Of a DNA stretch of 64,000 nucleotides, positions 23,248-36,233 are shown piece after piece (the stretch's first letter is position 1; each line of letters starts with the position of its first letter). Both the position numbers and the translations under genes were made by a program. Source of the DNA: Rebecca billardiae RCC1528 (taxonomy: Eukaryota; Protista; Haptophyta); NCBI GenBank assembly GCA_965240325.2, contig OZ251247.1:930001-994000 (forward strand). The letters run 5' to 3'. A model generated the notes under the pieces. The model was given only the letters and a program-made list of their open reading frames with translations, had not been told where the DNA came from and did no database searches.

Positions 23248-24775
23248 TGGGCGGAGCTGCCGCCGGTGCAGCCGCGCTCGGCGCGCAACATCCCGTGGCA
23301 CGGCGCGCAGTCCGAGGCGCTCGCACCGCACGGCACCGCGCACGCAGCCATCAGGCGAGCCGCGCGAGCGCGCCGCGCCGCCGCCTCTGCCTCAGCCGCG
23401 CCGCGCCTCGCGCGGCTTCGGCAGCTCAGCAGCGCGCGGCCGCCTGCCAACCGCGCGCGCGCGTGCCCCTCCGCCCGGACACCCACCCCCCGCGCGCCGC
23501 GCGCCCGCGCAGCCGCCACCTCGCCGAGTGCAGCGCGTGGCGCCCCGCGCGCGCCCTGCTCGTGGAGCGCTGTCCGTACGCGGCGATCGGCGCGCTGCTC
23601 GGCGCACACGCACACGCGGGGGGCGGCGGCGCGGAGGGCGCGGGGGGCGGGGGGGGCGGTGTTGAGGATGCGGCGGCGGGGGGCTCGCTCGAGCCGGTGG
23701 ACGCGGAGGCGACCGCGCTCGAGCTCGCGGCCGACTACGCGGCCGCGTGGGCGAGGTGGGTGCGCACCGCCCGCTGCTATGTGCTGCTGCGCTGCCCCGC
23801 TGCACACGCCGCGGCCGCCCGCCGCACCGCTCTGGCTCGTCCCGGCTGCCGCGCGCTGCCGCCCACACGGCCGCGCACGCCACGCACTCAGTGCGCCCGC
23901 GCGTGTGTGCGCGCGTGTGCGCGCGCGCCCGCAGCCACAAGGCGCTGCTGCGCGAGGCGGAGGAGGCGGCGGTGCGCGCGCGCGCGGAGGCGGCGCGCGC
24001 GGCGCTGGGCGCGGGGCGGGGCGGCGCGCGCGCGCCGCCCGACGCCGCCACCGCCGCGCTGCTCGGCGCGGACGCGCGGCGCGCGCGGCACGCCGCGCTG
24101 AGCGGCGCGGACACGCGCGGCGCGGGCGGTGCCGTGCTGCCGCTGAGCCACCTGCTCGAGCCGCCGGGCGGCGGCGGCGAGGGCGGCGGGTGCGCGGCCG
24201 CGCTCGCGCGCGCGCTGGCGTGGCTGGGCGCACCGCCTCCGCCGGGCGAGGCGTGGGGCGCGGAGGTGTGGGGGCGCGCGCACAGCGCCGCCGCCGCCAA
24301 CGCAAGTGGCGGCGCCGCGGAGGCGGATGCGGCGGCGGCGCGCTGGCTGCCGCGCGCGCGCGCCGCGTGCGCCGCGCTGCCGGCGCCGGCGGTGCTGCGC
24401 AGCGGCGCGCCCGCGCCCGCACCCGCGCCGCTCGCGCCCGCCTCCGCCCGCCCCGCCGCCGCCCCCGCCGCCCCCGCGCGCGGCGGCGTGTGGCGCGGGC
24501 GCGCGCTCACGTGCCGCGTGTGGGGCGCGCTCGGCCACATCGCGGCGCAGCTCGGCCACACGCCGCCGCACGGCCACCGGTGCGGGCGCGGCGCGGACGC
24601 GCGGGCGTGGGCGCGGCGGTGCGGACGGCTGCGGGGTCGGCCCCTCGCCCTTGCAGGCCGTTGCGTGCGCTGCGCGGGCGCGGCCGTGCGCGCCGGGTGC
24701 AGCCGCTGCCCGCGCGGCTCACGGTGCGCTGCGCCCTCCGCCCCCGCTGCCGCCGCTACCGCTGCCTGCGGCCGC

Positions 24776-24808
<33 letters not shown>

Positions 24809-27800
24809 CTGATTGGCTGGCGCTGTGCTGCTGCTGCCCTCTGATTGGCCGGCGCTGTGCTGCTGCTGCTGCGCAGCTGCCAGCAGCGCGACGAGCTGCT
24901 GCTGGCGCTGGGCAGGAGGGCGGCCCCCGCCTCGCCCGACGGGCGCACTGTGCTACTCACCTCGACCAACCTGCAGGTGCAACACGGCACACGGCACACT
25001 GCCTAGCGCACACCCCAGCATCACACCCCGGCACAGCGCGCACTCGGGTGGCGGCGTTGTTGAGCGCACGCCGCCCGCCCGCCGCCCGCCCGCGCGCGCG
25101 CGTGCCGCGCCGCTGCCGCGTGTGCGCCTGTGCAGTACCTGGACGTGTGGCTCAACTGGCTGCTCGCCGTGCGCACGCACGCGCCCCCGCTCGCGGCCGC
25201 GGTGGTGGTGGGCGCGCTCGACTGGCGCGCGCACGACGCGCTGCGCGCGCTGCACGCGCCCGCCTTCCCGCTGCTGCCGCGGTACCGGCGCGGCACCCTG
25301 CGCGCGGCGGAGGGGCAGCGCGCGCTGGACGGCGTGTGGGTGGAGCGCGGCGAGGTGACGCTGACCCTCCTCCGCGCGGGGCTGGGCGTGCTCCTCTGCG
25401 ACACAGACGCCGTGTTCACACGGGACGCCCTCACGCCGCTGCTCAGCCTGAGCGCGCACGCGCACGCGCACGCGGGCGCGGCCTCCGCCACGGCCCCTCT
25501 CGCCGTGGGCGCGGACGCGGTCGCCTCCGCCGGCACCTTCCCCCGCTGGGCCGCGCGCGCGCTGGGCGGCAGCAGCGCGGTGATGGGCCTGGTCCTGCTC
25601 GCGCCCACGCGCGCGGCAACAGGGCTGCTGGGCGCGGCGCAGAGGCTGGCGCACGCGGTGGGGGACGACCAGACGGCGTTCAACGCGCAGCTCGCCGCGG
25701 CGGAGGAGGTGCTCGTGGCGGACGCGCCGCTCGGCCGCGCGCGCGCCGCCGCGCCGGCCGCGCCGCCGGTGGCGCGGCTGGTGCGAGCGACGACGCGCGG
25801 CGCCGCGGCGCCCTGGCCGCACGGCGGAGGGCGCGCGGGCGGCTGGGCGGTGCGCGTGCTCATCCTGCCAGAGGCGCTCGTCGTGCGCAACTGCACGCCA
25901 AGGCTGCGCACGCTGCGCGCGGCGGCGGCGGCGGCGCGCGGCGGCGGCTCGGCGCGCGGCGGCGGCGGCGACGCGGCGGGTGCGGCGGGCGGCGCGCTGG
26001 GCGTCCATTACGTCGACGATGACGGCGGCGGCGCGGGCGTGCACGGCGGGGGCGGCGCCGGCGCCGCCGCCGGCTTGCGGCTCTCGAGCAGTGGCACCGG
26101 TGGCGATGGTGGCAGCCGCAATGGCAGCAGCAGCAATAGCGGCAGCGGCAGCAGCGGCCGCTTCTCGAGCGCGCTGGTGGCGCACTGCCTCTCCTCCAAG
26201 TCCGGGGTGGCCAAGTGGGAGCAGCTCGAGGCGGCGGGGCTGTGGCGCTGCCCGGGCGCGTGGGCGCGCGAGTGGAGCGGCGCGGGCGCGCGCGAGCCCG
26301 CGCGCCGCGCGCCGGGCCTCGCGGCGCCCGCGGCGGCGCCGGCCGGCGGCGGCGCGCTCGGCGCGCCGCCGCGCGCCGCCGCGCTCGGCGCGCCGCTCGC
26401 GGCGGCAAACATCAGCGCGGAGGGCGGCGCGCCGCCCGAGCCCGGCACGCCGGACGCCGAGCCCGCCGCGTTTGGCGCGGGCCTGGACCGCGTGCTCGCC
26501 GCCTCGCGCGTCGCCGCCTCGGTGGTGGTCTGCTCCGAGCTGCTGGCTGCACCCGCGCCGCTGGCGGAGGGCGGCGGCGCGGCGGCGGGCGCGGCGGCGG
26601 CGGCGGCGGCGGCGGCGGAGGCGGTGCGCAGCGGGGCGCGCGGCGGCGGCGGCGCGGCGGGAGCTGCCGCCGCCGGCCTGCTCGAGGCCGGCGGGGCGAC
26701 CGGCGGCGGCGGCGCGTCGGCGGAGGCGGCGGGCGGCGGCGCCGTGCCCGCGGCCGAGTGGTGGCGCGCGCTCGGCGCGCTCGGCGCCGGCCTCGGCCGC
26801 GGCGCGGCGGGCGCGGGCGTGGCGCTCGAGCTCGTAGCGGTGCGCTGGGCGGGCGTGGGCGAGGGCCCGGCCGAGTCGGCGGCGATCGACGGCGCGGCGG
26901 CGCGCGCGCTGCGCGCCGCGCTGCCCGCCGCGCACTCGGCCGCGCTGCCCGCCGTGCGCCTCGTGACGGTGCCGCGCGCCGCGGCCGCGCTCGGCGCGCC
27001 GCTCGGCGCGGCGGCGCCGAGCGCGCTCCTCAACGCGGGCGTGCGCCTCGCCACGTCGGAGCGCGTGCTGCTATGCAGCGCGGCCGTGCGCCTCGCGCCC
27101 GGGCTCTTCCGCGCGCTGCGCACGCTGCAGCGCGCGGGCGTCGGCCGCGCCGCGCACGTGCTCGGCGCGTGCGCGCTGCCCGGCGCGGCCGGCGCGGCCG
27201 CGCTGCGCGCCCTCACCGAGCGCGGCGCCGCGGCGGCGGCGGCGGCGGCGCGCTGCGGCCGGCTCGGCGCGCCGAGCGGCGCGGCGGGGATGCTGCTGCC
27301 GCGCGCGATGTGGGCGGCGGCGCGCGGCATGCCCGAGGGGCCCGTCGTGCAGCCGCACGCCGACCGGTGCGCGCGGCACCGCGCACCGCGCGCCGCGACA
27401 CACCGCGACCACGCGCCGCCGCCCTGCCCCGCCCGCTCACACTGCGCGCCCGCCGCGCCGCCGCCCGCCGCGCGCCGCGGCCGCAGCTACCTCGCGCACC
27501 GGCTGTCCGCGCGCGACGTGTCGGTGGGCTGGCTCGACTGCGGCGGCCTCGGCACGCAGCCGTGCGCGTACGCGCCGGGCGGCGCGGGCGGCGCGCGCTG
27601 GTGGCGCGTGGGCGCGGCCACGCTGCGCGAGCGCGACTCGGTGGTGGGCGCGCGCGCGCGGCACGTGGCCGAGCTCGCCGCCAACAGGCGCGCGCGCGAG
27701 GCGGCGGCGGCGCGCGCGCGCGCGGCGGCCGCGTCGGCGCGCGGCGGCGCGCCGCCCGACGCGAGCGGCCCCGCGAGCCCGACGCCCCCCGGCGGCGAGC

Positions 27801-29714
27801 CCGCGGCCATCGCGCCCGCGCTGCGCTCGGAGGTGGAGGTCGCCTTCCTGAGGCGCGCGCGCGCGGCCGCGGCGCTGGACGGCGCGTGCGCGTGGGGCGC
27901 GCTCGGGCGCGTGGCGCTGCGGCACACAGCGAGCTTCGACGCGCGCGCGGCCGAGGGCGCGGCGCCGGGCCCCAGCGCTGCAGCGGCGTCGGAGGGCGCG
28001 GTCTCGCTCGTGCAGGACGCAGCGCCCGCGCCAGAGGTCGAGGCGTGGGACACCACGGCAGGCGGCGCGGCACCGCCGACCGACCGCGGACCCGCCGCGG
28101 CGGCGGCGGGCGGCGCGGGCGCGCGCGGCGCCGCGGCTGCGCACGCGGAGGACGACGCGGGCGGCGCGGGCGGGTGCTGGTCGCGCGCGCGCGAGACTTC
28201 CGCGTACGCCGCGTGGGCCGCGGCGGGGCGGGTGCGCCGCGGGCGCGTGCTGCTGCGCGTGCGCGGGCCGCTGCCCGAGCGGCTGCTCGCGCTCGCGTCC
28301 GGCTGGGCGCTGGCGGACGCGCTCGCCGCCAAGCTCACGCTCGTGTGGGCGCCGGACGGCGCGTGCGGCGCGATGTACGACGACCTGCTCGAGCGCAACA
28401 CCTCCGCCTTCCTCGCCGTGCGCGCCGCGCCGCGCAGCCTGCGCCGGCGCAAGCGCGGCGGCGCGGCCGAGCGCGGCGGCGGCGCGCCGCGCTGGCGCGC
28501 GCTCGACGCGCGCGCGACAGGCGCGCCGCTCAGCGCGGCCGAGCTCGGGCTGCGCTCCGCCGCCGAGCCGCGCCACGGCGGGCCCGCCGCCCCCGCCGTG
28601 CGCCTCGAGATCAGCGCGGACGGCGCCATCCGAGTCGAGCCCGACGCGCTCGCGCCCGACGGCGCGCGGCTCGCCGACCGCGTCGGCCCCGCGGCGCTGG
28701 CGGTGCGGCTGGCGTGGCTCAGCCCGAGGCGCGCAGACCTGCTGTGCGCGCGGCGCCCGACGCGCGCCCGCGCACCGCCGCGCTGCCACGCGCGCGTCCC
28801 CCGCCACGCGTGACGCGCGCGGCGCGCACACGCCGCGCGCCACGACCCGTTGCCCGCCCGGCGCGCGCGCCGAGACCGCCGCCGACCGCCCGATGCGCCG
28901 CCCGCCTCGTCCCGCCCGCCCCGTCGCGCCCCGCCTGCGCGCGCCGCGCGCGCGCAGCCCGCTCGCAGACGAGCTCACCGCGGCGATGCGCGTGCGCGAC
29001 ACGGCCGGGCTGCTGCTCGGCGGAACGGCGCTCGGCTGCGCCCCCGGCGCGACGCGGCTGCCGCCCGTGCCGATCGCGGCGCCGCGCCTCGCCGCCTCCG
29101 CGGCGGGCGGTGGCGGCGGCGGCGGCGGCGCATGCGTGCCGCTCGCACCCGCGCGCGTGTTCGCCGTGTGCGCGCAGGACGACGAGTACGTGGCGCTGCG
29201 CCGAGCCCTGCAGCGGCAGCCGTGGCACCGCGCGGCGCGACGGCGCGGCGGCAGCGGTGCCGCCGAGCAGCACGCGTGCGCGCCGCCGGCCGGCCCGCGC
29301 CACGTCCAACGCCCTCGCGGCGGTGGCCGTGGCGCCCAAGCTGGCCCCAAGGTGTACACCCTGCGCTCCTTCCTGCCCGCCGAGTGGGGCCAGGACTGCA
29401 AGGCCGGCGTGGGGCGCGCGGGCAGCCCCACGTGCGCGCGGCTTCAGCTGCTGCAGCTCACGCTGCTCGCGCGCGCGCGCACGCTCCACCTCGCCGCGCC
29501 ACCGGCGTCGGCGCTCGCGCGCGCCGCCGCGCTGCTGTTTGCGGGCGTGCGCGGTGGTGGGGGCGCCGCGCTGCCGGGCGACGCGGAGGGCGGCGCGCTG
29601 CTCGTGCCCGGCGGGGGCGCGCCGACAGGCGGCGCGGACGGCGCGCGCGTCATCTGGCGCGCCGCCGCGCCCGGCGGGGACGCGCGCGTGACGCGCGACG
29701 CGTGTGGCCTCTGA
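22435..29714 (+). CDS. Large multi-exon, multi-domain glycan-modifying protein: WSCD-like sulfotransferase, nucleotide-diphospho-sugar transferase (PF03407-like), GT2-like and fucosyltransferase-like domains
   Basis: Approximate exons: 22435-23354 (GC donor), 23513-23755, 23935-24579, from 25136 (probable further intron near 27367-27486) to about 28743, and about 28958-29714. Motifs: LWAFPASGVGWVGALLQRAAG, LLVERCPYAAI, GLGVLLCDTDAVF, DDQTAFN, VAHCLSSKSGVAKWEQLEAAGLW, LLNAGVRLATSERVLL and GPLPERLLALASGWALADALAAKLTLVWAPDGACGAMYDDLLE. The start codon and some junctions are uncertain. Confidence 0.6.
24778..24905 (+). repeat. (CTG)n-rich microsatellite with a duplicated CTCTGATTGGC unit, probably intronic
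   Basis: Read directly from the sequence. Confidence 0.7.
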
Positions 29715-29739
29715 GCTCGACTGTGGCGCGCCGCGCGCT

Positions 29740-29774
<35 letters not shown>

Positions 29775-31231
29775 TGACGGGCCGGCAATACTTTGCCGCC
29801 AACGTTCGCTGCGCGCGCGCTGCGCGCGCCGCGCACGGCGTGGCGCGGCTCGCCGTGCAGCTGTGTCGTCGCAGTTGTCCCTCTGAGGTCAGCCGCGCAG
29901 CACATAGCATTCGCGCTTCGTGGGCCTCGGGGATGCGCAGTAGTCCGTCTGATTAAATTGTCGCCATGCTCGTCGTCGATGAGCATTGCCGGGCGAAGGA
30001 AACCTGCAAGCTTCAGTGGCGGCCTGTAGCGGATACGAGTGCTGCCAGCACGCCGTGTGCGGAGCGCGTTCAAGCGTGGAGGTACTGATTGTAGCAGTGC
30101 GTGTGGGTCACGGCAGCCGTGGTCTCCTCTTCAGCCATCAATCGTGCCCGCGGGCAGTATCACCCGCAGGGGAATTATTCGTAGTGCAAGACAAGTGGCA
30201 ACCCGCTGACAGTGCACACGCGCCGACTGCGGCTGGGCATGCATGCGTCTCAACGCCCCGACCGGCGACCTTGCTGCGGCTCTCCAAGGAGACTCGCGTC
30301 TCACTCAACACGTCCGCTATGTTGCTGAACCACAGGGTGCAGAACCTGAGTCGCGCGCACAGTGGCGCACGCGCTGCCGCAACCGCAGATCCCGGGCGCG
30401 TATCACATGCTTCTGCACGCGCTCACATGCCAACGACACGCCTCCGAGCTTAGCAGTGTCGTGCTTGTGCGCAATGCTCACGCTCGAGGCTGCCGCCTTG
30501 CTCAGCGCTCAAGTGGCACGGCCCAACCGACGTTAGCCCTGTCAGCGCTGACACTGCTTCGAAGCTGTGCGCGCGTGCTCTGAACGCCGCCCCGAGGTCG
30601 CCACGCAGTAACTTCTGCGTATGACTGCAACTTCTGCGTATGACCGCGCGCCAGCCTCTTGGACAGCGCGCTCAAGCGTGGAACACCCCGCGGTGCCATC
30701 AGACAAGCGGCCGAGCAGCTAGAGAGGGAGCGTCGAGGAGCTGACAGCGATGCCCGACCGAGCCAGGGCGGCGAATCAGCACCCGCGGCGCACCCGCGGC
30801 GCTCTCAGCCACGCCGGCGCCCTTAGCCACCCGTGGCCGGGCCGCCTCGCGCGCACTATGCCCAGCCTTGCGGCTGGGGGCGGGGCCGTTACCTCGACTT
30901 AGCAACCGAGCCAGTAGGCAATACGTCGCCCTCCGCGCGCTGGGGCATGCACGCGCTCGCGCTCATGTCGCCCGCGATGCTGGGATTCGTGCCGTGCACT
31001 TGGCGACGTGCAGCTTCGCGCACAGAGGACGCACTCCGTGCACTGGCTGGCGCGGACTGTCAAGGTTAGGGTAAGGGCGCGCGATGATTGCTCAGCTTTT
31101 TTCGTCGCGCGTGTGTTGGCTGCGCAGGCAAACCTGCAGCCTGTCCAAAGGAAGGACCTGCTTTTGGATGACAGTGTGGCATTGCCTACATGGACGCATT
31201 TATAGCCGTGCGTTAACCAAGGCCGATCTCA

Positions 31232-32132
31232 ATTGACACTGGCCCAGAAGGGGGGTCCCGAATTGGTCCCCCGACCTCGAGCTCGATGGCTGCCGCACGT
31301 GCGTGCCCAGCGTGCCTCGCGCGTGTACGTGCACGGTAGGGCGTCCCGACAGCGCCGGGGTGGCGTAGATGGTCGCATGGGAGGTGCATCCGTGTGCCCG
31401 AGACGCCTCGGCGCCTCGGTGGCCTGCCCACACCTCTCCTTGTCGCCGCTTGCCTGCTGCGTGTTCGGCCAGCCGTCTGCGGAGTGCACACCTGCACGTG
31501 CACGGCCAGTGTCGGGCGGATCGAGCCGTAGTGAGTGTGCTTGCGGGTACTCCCACCTGATGCGGCTCTCTGCCGCCGTCGCAAGCCCTCGCGCGTGTCC
31601 TGGAACCTGCCGAATCTACTAGTCGGGGATGCGCCCAACATGCTCGCGAACATTGCCCAGGAATCGCATCAGAAATGCGCTATTTGAAAATAAAACTGGA
31701 CAGCATGTGGTGTACGTACCACCATGACAACACTGAACACGTCGTGAGTTAGAGTGCACGGCTTGGGATTGATGCACGAGAGCTACTACGACGGCGGCAG
31801 AGAGCCGCATCAGGTGGGAGTACCCGCAAGCACACTAACTACGGCTCGATCCGCCCGACACTGGCCGTGCACGTGCAGGCGTGCACTCCACACGGCTGGC
31901 CGAGCACGCAGCAGGCAAGCGGCGACAAGGAGAGATGTGGGCACGCCACCGAGGCGCCGATGCGTCTCGGACACACGGATACACCTCCCATGCGACCACC
32001 CCGCCCTCGCTGTCGGTACGCCCTACCGTGCACGTACACGCGCGAGGCACGCTGGGCACGCACGTGCGGCAGCCATCGAGCTCGAGGTCGGAGGACCAAT
32101 TCGGGACCCCCCCCTTCTGGGCCAGTGTCAAT
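31232..32132. repeat. Long inverted repeat (foldback/MITE-like) with ~350-bp arms and a ~205-bp spacer
   Basis: 31232-31581 (ATTGACACTGGCCCAGAAGGGGG...CTCTCTGCCGCCGTCG) is the reverse complement of 31789-32132, with scattered mismatches. No clear TSD. Confidence 0.85.
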
Positions 32133-34711
32133 GGCTGTTCAGTTGACGCCGACCACTCGCGTGCGGCCTGTGTATCATAGAAGGAGGAGCGCTCCGATTG
32201 TTCTGCCAAACGCGCTGAGCGCGCGGGGACACGTGTACACAACCCGTTGTTGCTGACTGCTTCCGTTCCCGCGCAGCTGTTGGGGTGTGAGCGGCTGACG
32301 AGCCGGTTGCGGCGTCCTCGGCGAGCGAGGGGTGTGCGTGCGCCGTGGCGCCTTGGTCTGCGGCGCCCTTGGTACCGCGCCGCCGGCCCCGCTCTGCCAC
32401 GGGCACGACCGGGCGGGATACCGAGGAGCCGAGCCATCTTTAAAAGCAGGCGACCATCCCGCGAAGGGCGCAGTTCGCTTGCTACTCCGACCTACGGCCG
32501 AACGCTGCCGCAGCGACCCTGTAACGCGCGCAGATCGGCGCCTGGTCCACCTGGTCCGTACGAAAGCTGACTTTGCTACACGTGGCATGTAACTTCGATG
32601 GCCTTCGGCGATTAGGGTTGTGTCGGCCTGGGACGGGACGGAGGCTGGATGGATGGCACAGCCCAACGGCGCTGCCGTGCGCCGCGCCGCCAGGGGCGAC
32701 GAGTCGACTCTGCCCCACTGGGCTCTGGCCGGCAGGCGTGTGACTTCCCTCGCGCCACGGTGCTTGAGGTTCGTGTTGCTGGGTCAACGCGCCATCTTCT
32801 GAGCGGCGCTGCGAACGCGGTCTGGGGGCTCTGCGTGAACGCGAATGCTGGAGCGTGCGTATGCAAGCTGGCTTCCTCAATCAGAGGCAAGCCGATGCGA
32901 ACGAGCAATCGCCTTCTCTTGGCGGGGTTGCGACGCGCGACGCGCGTCGTGGGGCCATGCGCTGCGCACTGACACGCGCGAGAACAAGCCCGCGCCGTAC
33001 CCGGCAGGCAGTCTGAAGTCGGCCTCGCACCCAGGGGGTTGAAGCTCAGAGTTGCAGCGGCGAATTGGCACCGCTCGCGGATGACGCCCTACTACAGTAC
33101 GCCATGGTGAGAACTCTGGTGGCGCAGTACCAGGAAGGTTCGATCGCACAGGTCGAGGCGCGCGTAGCTGAATTCAGTGATGAGCCGCAGCGGGCAACAG
33201 CATGGGTTCGGCCTGTGCCACGGCTGGCGTGGACGCAGCCGCGCGATCGCGCGGGACGAGGTCGAGGCGCGCAGCACCTGGGTCATCAGCCGCTAGTAGT
33301 ACAGTGCGCTGTCCCTGTGCGAGCGACGCCTTCTACCGCGACCGGGCGCCGCATCGTGCGCGCAACCCCCACTAGTGGAGGACCTTGTCCATATGTGGCG
33401 GTGCAGGCCCTACCGGTACCAGTACCAATCGTCATGTTGACGTGGACATGGGAGGTTGGCTGTGGACGACGATGAACCGTCGTCGCACTTTGTTCGGCCC
33501 GTTGAAGCAAACCCTGGCACCGGCGCACAGCGGCTTCAAAGGGCCCAGCCAGTGGAGGACGCGCGTGCTGGAATTGCTGAGCTGCGGTGCATGCCGAGGG
33601 CAGACGTGGCGGTGGCGGGCACGGCGCCGTCGCAAGCCGTGGAGCTCGTCCGCAGCCGTGAAGGACCCGCACGCGGCTCTTCCATCGTCGGCTGGCGTTC
33701 GGCGTGGCGTTCATGCGCGCGTGTGCACGTACGTGCGTGCGCGCTCTCAATCACAACATCGCAAGGCAGGCCTGCCACGAGGGGGGCTGGCCGGACGGAA
33801 AGTTCGGGCTCTGGCTCGTGTGGAATTGAAGCAGGCCGGTAGGCGGCGCCAGCATTACAGCACACGCGCGCACCTCAGCTTCAAGCCGCTGGCTTGGCTG
33901 TGCAGCGCAGCCTGGGCGCAGAGCGCGCGCGCCCACCCCTCGCCCGCCGTGGTTCACCCTCGGGGCTCCACAATGAACCAATGAAGGGTTGGTTCCCACT
34001 ACGCATGCCTGCCGCCCTGCCGCGTGCGCACCGGCTTGCACCGATGAGCCGGGGCGGGGCGCGCGCCGCGCACGGTGGCGTGGCTGCTGGCTGCTGGCGT
34101 GTGGCAGCCAAGCGCACAGCCCGCGTGCGCCCAGGTCACTCACTCGCGCGAGGAGCTCGTAAGGGACGCGATGTCCGCGGCGCGCCGACGGACCGCAGCA
34201 TCCACGGCAGCGCTCAAAGCGCTCGAGCGGCGGCCGAGTGGGACGGGCGGCTGCGCTCGCGCCCGTCCGCCGCCGGTCACACGAGCCGCAGCGCGCGCAC
34301 ACTGTGTGTGACGCGCGTTTCTGCGGGGAGCGGCGCCGGCGGGCTCTCGGCGGAAGGAGCGGCGAGTGCCATGATGCTCGCCGGCTGGCGTGCGCGGCCG
34401 CGCTGGGCGTGCGGCTCGGGGCCATCACCGGAGCGGCGCAAGCCGCCATCGCCCATCGCCGCCATCAAATCGCCCAACGCCCGTCGCCCATTGGCTTCCG
34501 CGCACGTTCAATTATCGTAAATAGCGCGGGCGTGTCGCTCGTCCTATTCGGCGTCGGACGAATTTACCCGCGCGTCGTGCGGTACGGCCTGGCGCGGCGG
34601 CGGCCGTCGCGCCGCGCGCCGCGCTCGCGCTGTCCTGGCTGACGCGGCGTCGGCGGCGCGCGCGCGCGCGCGCGCGCAGGCCCGCGCCGCCGCTGCCCTC
34701 CCTCCGCGCCC

Positions 34712-36233
34712 ATGTCCGCCTCCTCCGTCCCGCTCGCCGCGATCGGCGTCGGCGCGGCCGCGGTCGGTCTGTGCGCCCTGCTGCGCGTGCGCGCGGCGCG
34801 CAAGGCCAGGCCGGGCGCGCGCGGCGCGGGCGCCGGCGGCTCGACCGCGCCGATCGTCTCTGTCGCACCACACAACATCTCCAAGCTCGCGTCCATGAGC
34901 GCGGCCGACATGTGCGCGCGGCGCGCGCGGCGCGCGCGCGGCGCGATGCGCGCGGACGCGGCGCGCGCTGAGCTGAGCCGAGCCGCGGCGCGCGCGCGCA
35001 GGACGGTGAAGAACCTGCCGCCGAAGGACAAGGGGTTCGTGGGCGTGTGCATCGCCGGCACCGGCCGCATCGCCGAGGTGCACGCGCGCGCCATCCTGGG
35101 CAACCGCCGCGCGCGCCTCGTGCACGTGGTGGACGTGCTGGGCGACCGCGCGAAGGCGTTTGGGGCCAAGTACGGCTGCGTCACCTACTCGACGGACGTG
35201 GCGCAGGCGTGCCAGGACCCGGCGGTGGACGCGGTGATGGTGTGCACGCCCACGCAGTTCCACGCGCCCGTGTGCAAGGTCGCCGCCGAGTACGGCAAGC
35301 CCATCTTCTGCGAGAAGCCCGTCGCCGCGCTCACGGACGAGCTGATCAAGGTCTACAGGCACGCGGCCGCGTGCGACGTGCCGCTGCTGTGCGGCTTCCA
35401 CCGCTCGTACGACCCCAACTTTGCGGAGGTGGTCGAGCTCGTGCAGTCGGGCGCGCTGCCGGGCGTCTCGCTGCTCAAGTCCACGTCGCGCGGTGCGCGC
35501 GGCGCGGCGCGCGGCGCGGCGGGCGCGGGCGACGCCGCCGTCGCCGCCGCCGCCGCCGCCGGCGCGCTCGTCTCAGCTCACTGGAGCGCCGGGCCGCGCT
35601 CGGCGCCGCCCGCGCCCGCCGCGCGCCGCGCCGCGCGCAGACCACCCGCTGCCCTCGTTCGAGTTCCTCAAGAAGGGCGGCGGCGAGCTGCTGTACGACT
35701 TCACCGTGCACGACTTTGACCAGCTGCTCTGGCTCACCGGCGACGGCGCGGACATGCCCGCCGCCGTGTTTGCGGCGGTGGGCACCTGCCTGCAGGAGCT
35801 CAAGGGCTCGGGCGTGGACGACACCTGCCTCGTGGTCGTCAAGTTCAGCTCGGGCGCGCTGGCGTGCATCGACAACTCGCGGTTCGCGCCGTACGGGTAC
35901 GACGCGCGGTGCGAGGTCTTCGGCCGCGGCGGGATGGTCTCGATGAACAACCCGTCCACCTCCGCCGTCATCCTGCAGTCCAACAGGCAGGGCGCGCTCG
36001 GCGGCGCGGTCGACGAGTCGTTCCCGCAGCGGTACGCGCAGGCGTATGCCAACCAGGCGGACCACTTCCTCGACATCTGCATGTTCGGCGCGGCGGAGAA
36101 GGTGACCTTCAAGCACGCGCTGCTCGTCAACCTGCTCGCGGACGCGGCGATGGAGTCGAAGAAGAAGGGCGGCTTCGTCGACTTCAAGGCGTTCGCGCAG
36201 GCCAAGATGGCGGCGGCCGGCTTCCCGATGTGA
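34712..36233 (+). CDS. iolG: Gfo/Idh/MocA family oxidoreductase, myo-inositol 2-dehydrogenase-like
   Basis: Exons: 34712-34911, 35002-35492, 35641-36233. Motifs: GTGRIA, VCTPTQFH, IFCEKP, GFHRSYDP, TSRDHP (created by splicing), DFTVHDFD and YGYDARCEVFG. Confidence 0.85.

Larger units (their letters stand above)
14773..23795 (+). repeat. Segmental duplication, copy B
   Basis: Collinear with 4984-12195 and continues into the full-length glycan gene. Confidence 0.9.

Noticed and set aside
32150-34500. Possible retroelement or gene remnants (e.g. 33065-33475)
   Set aside because: No gag, RT, integrase or other motif could be supported.
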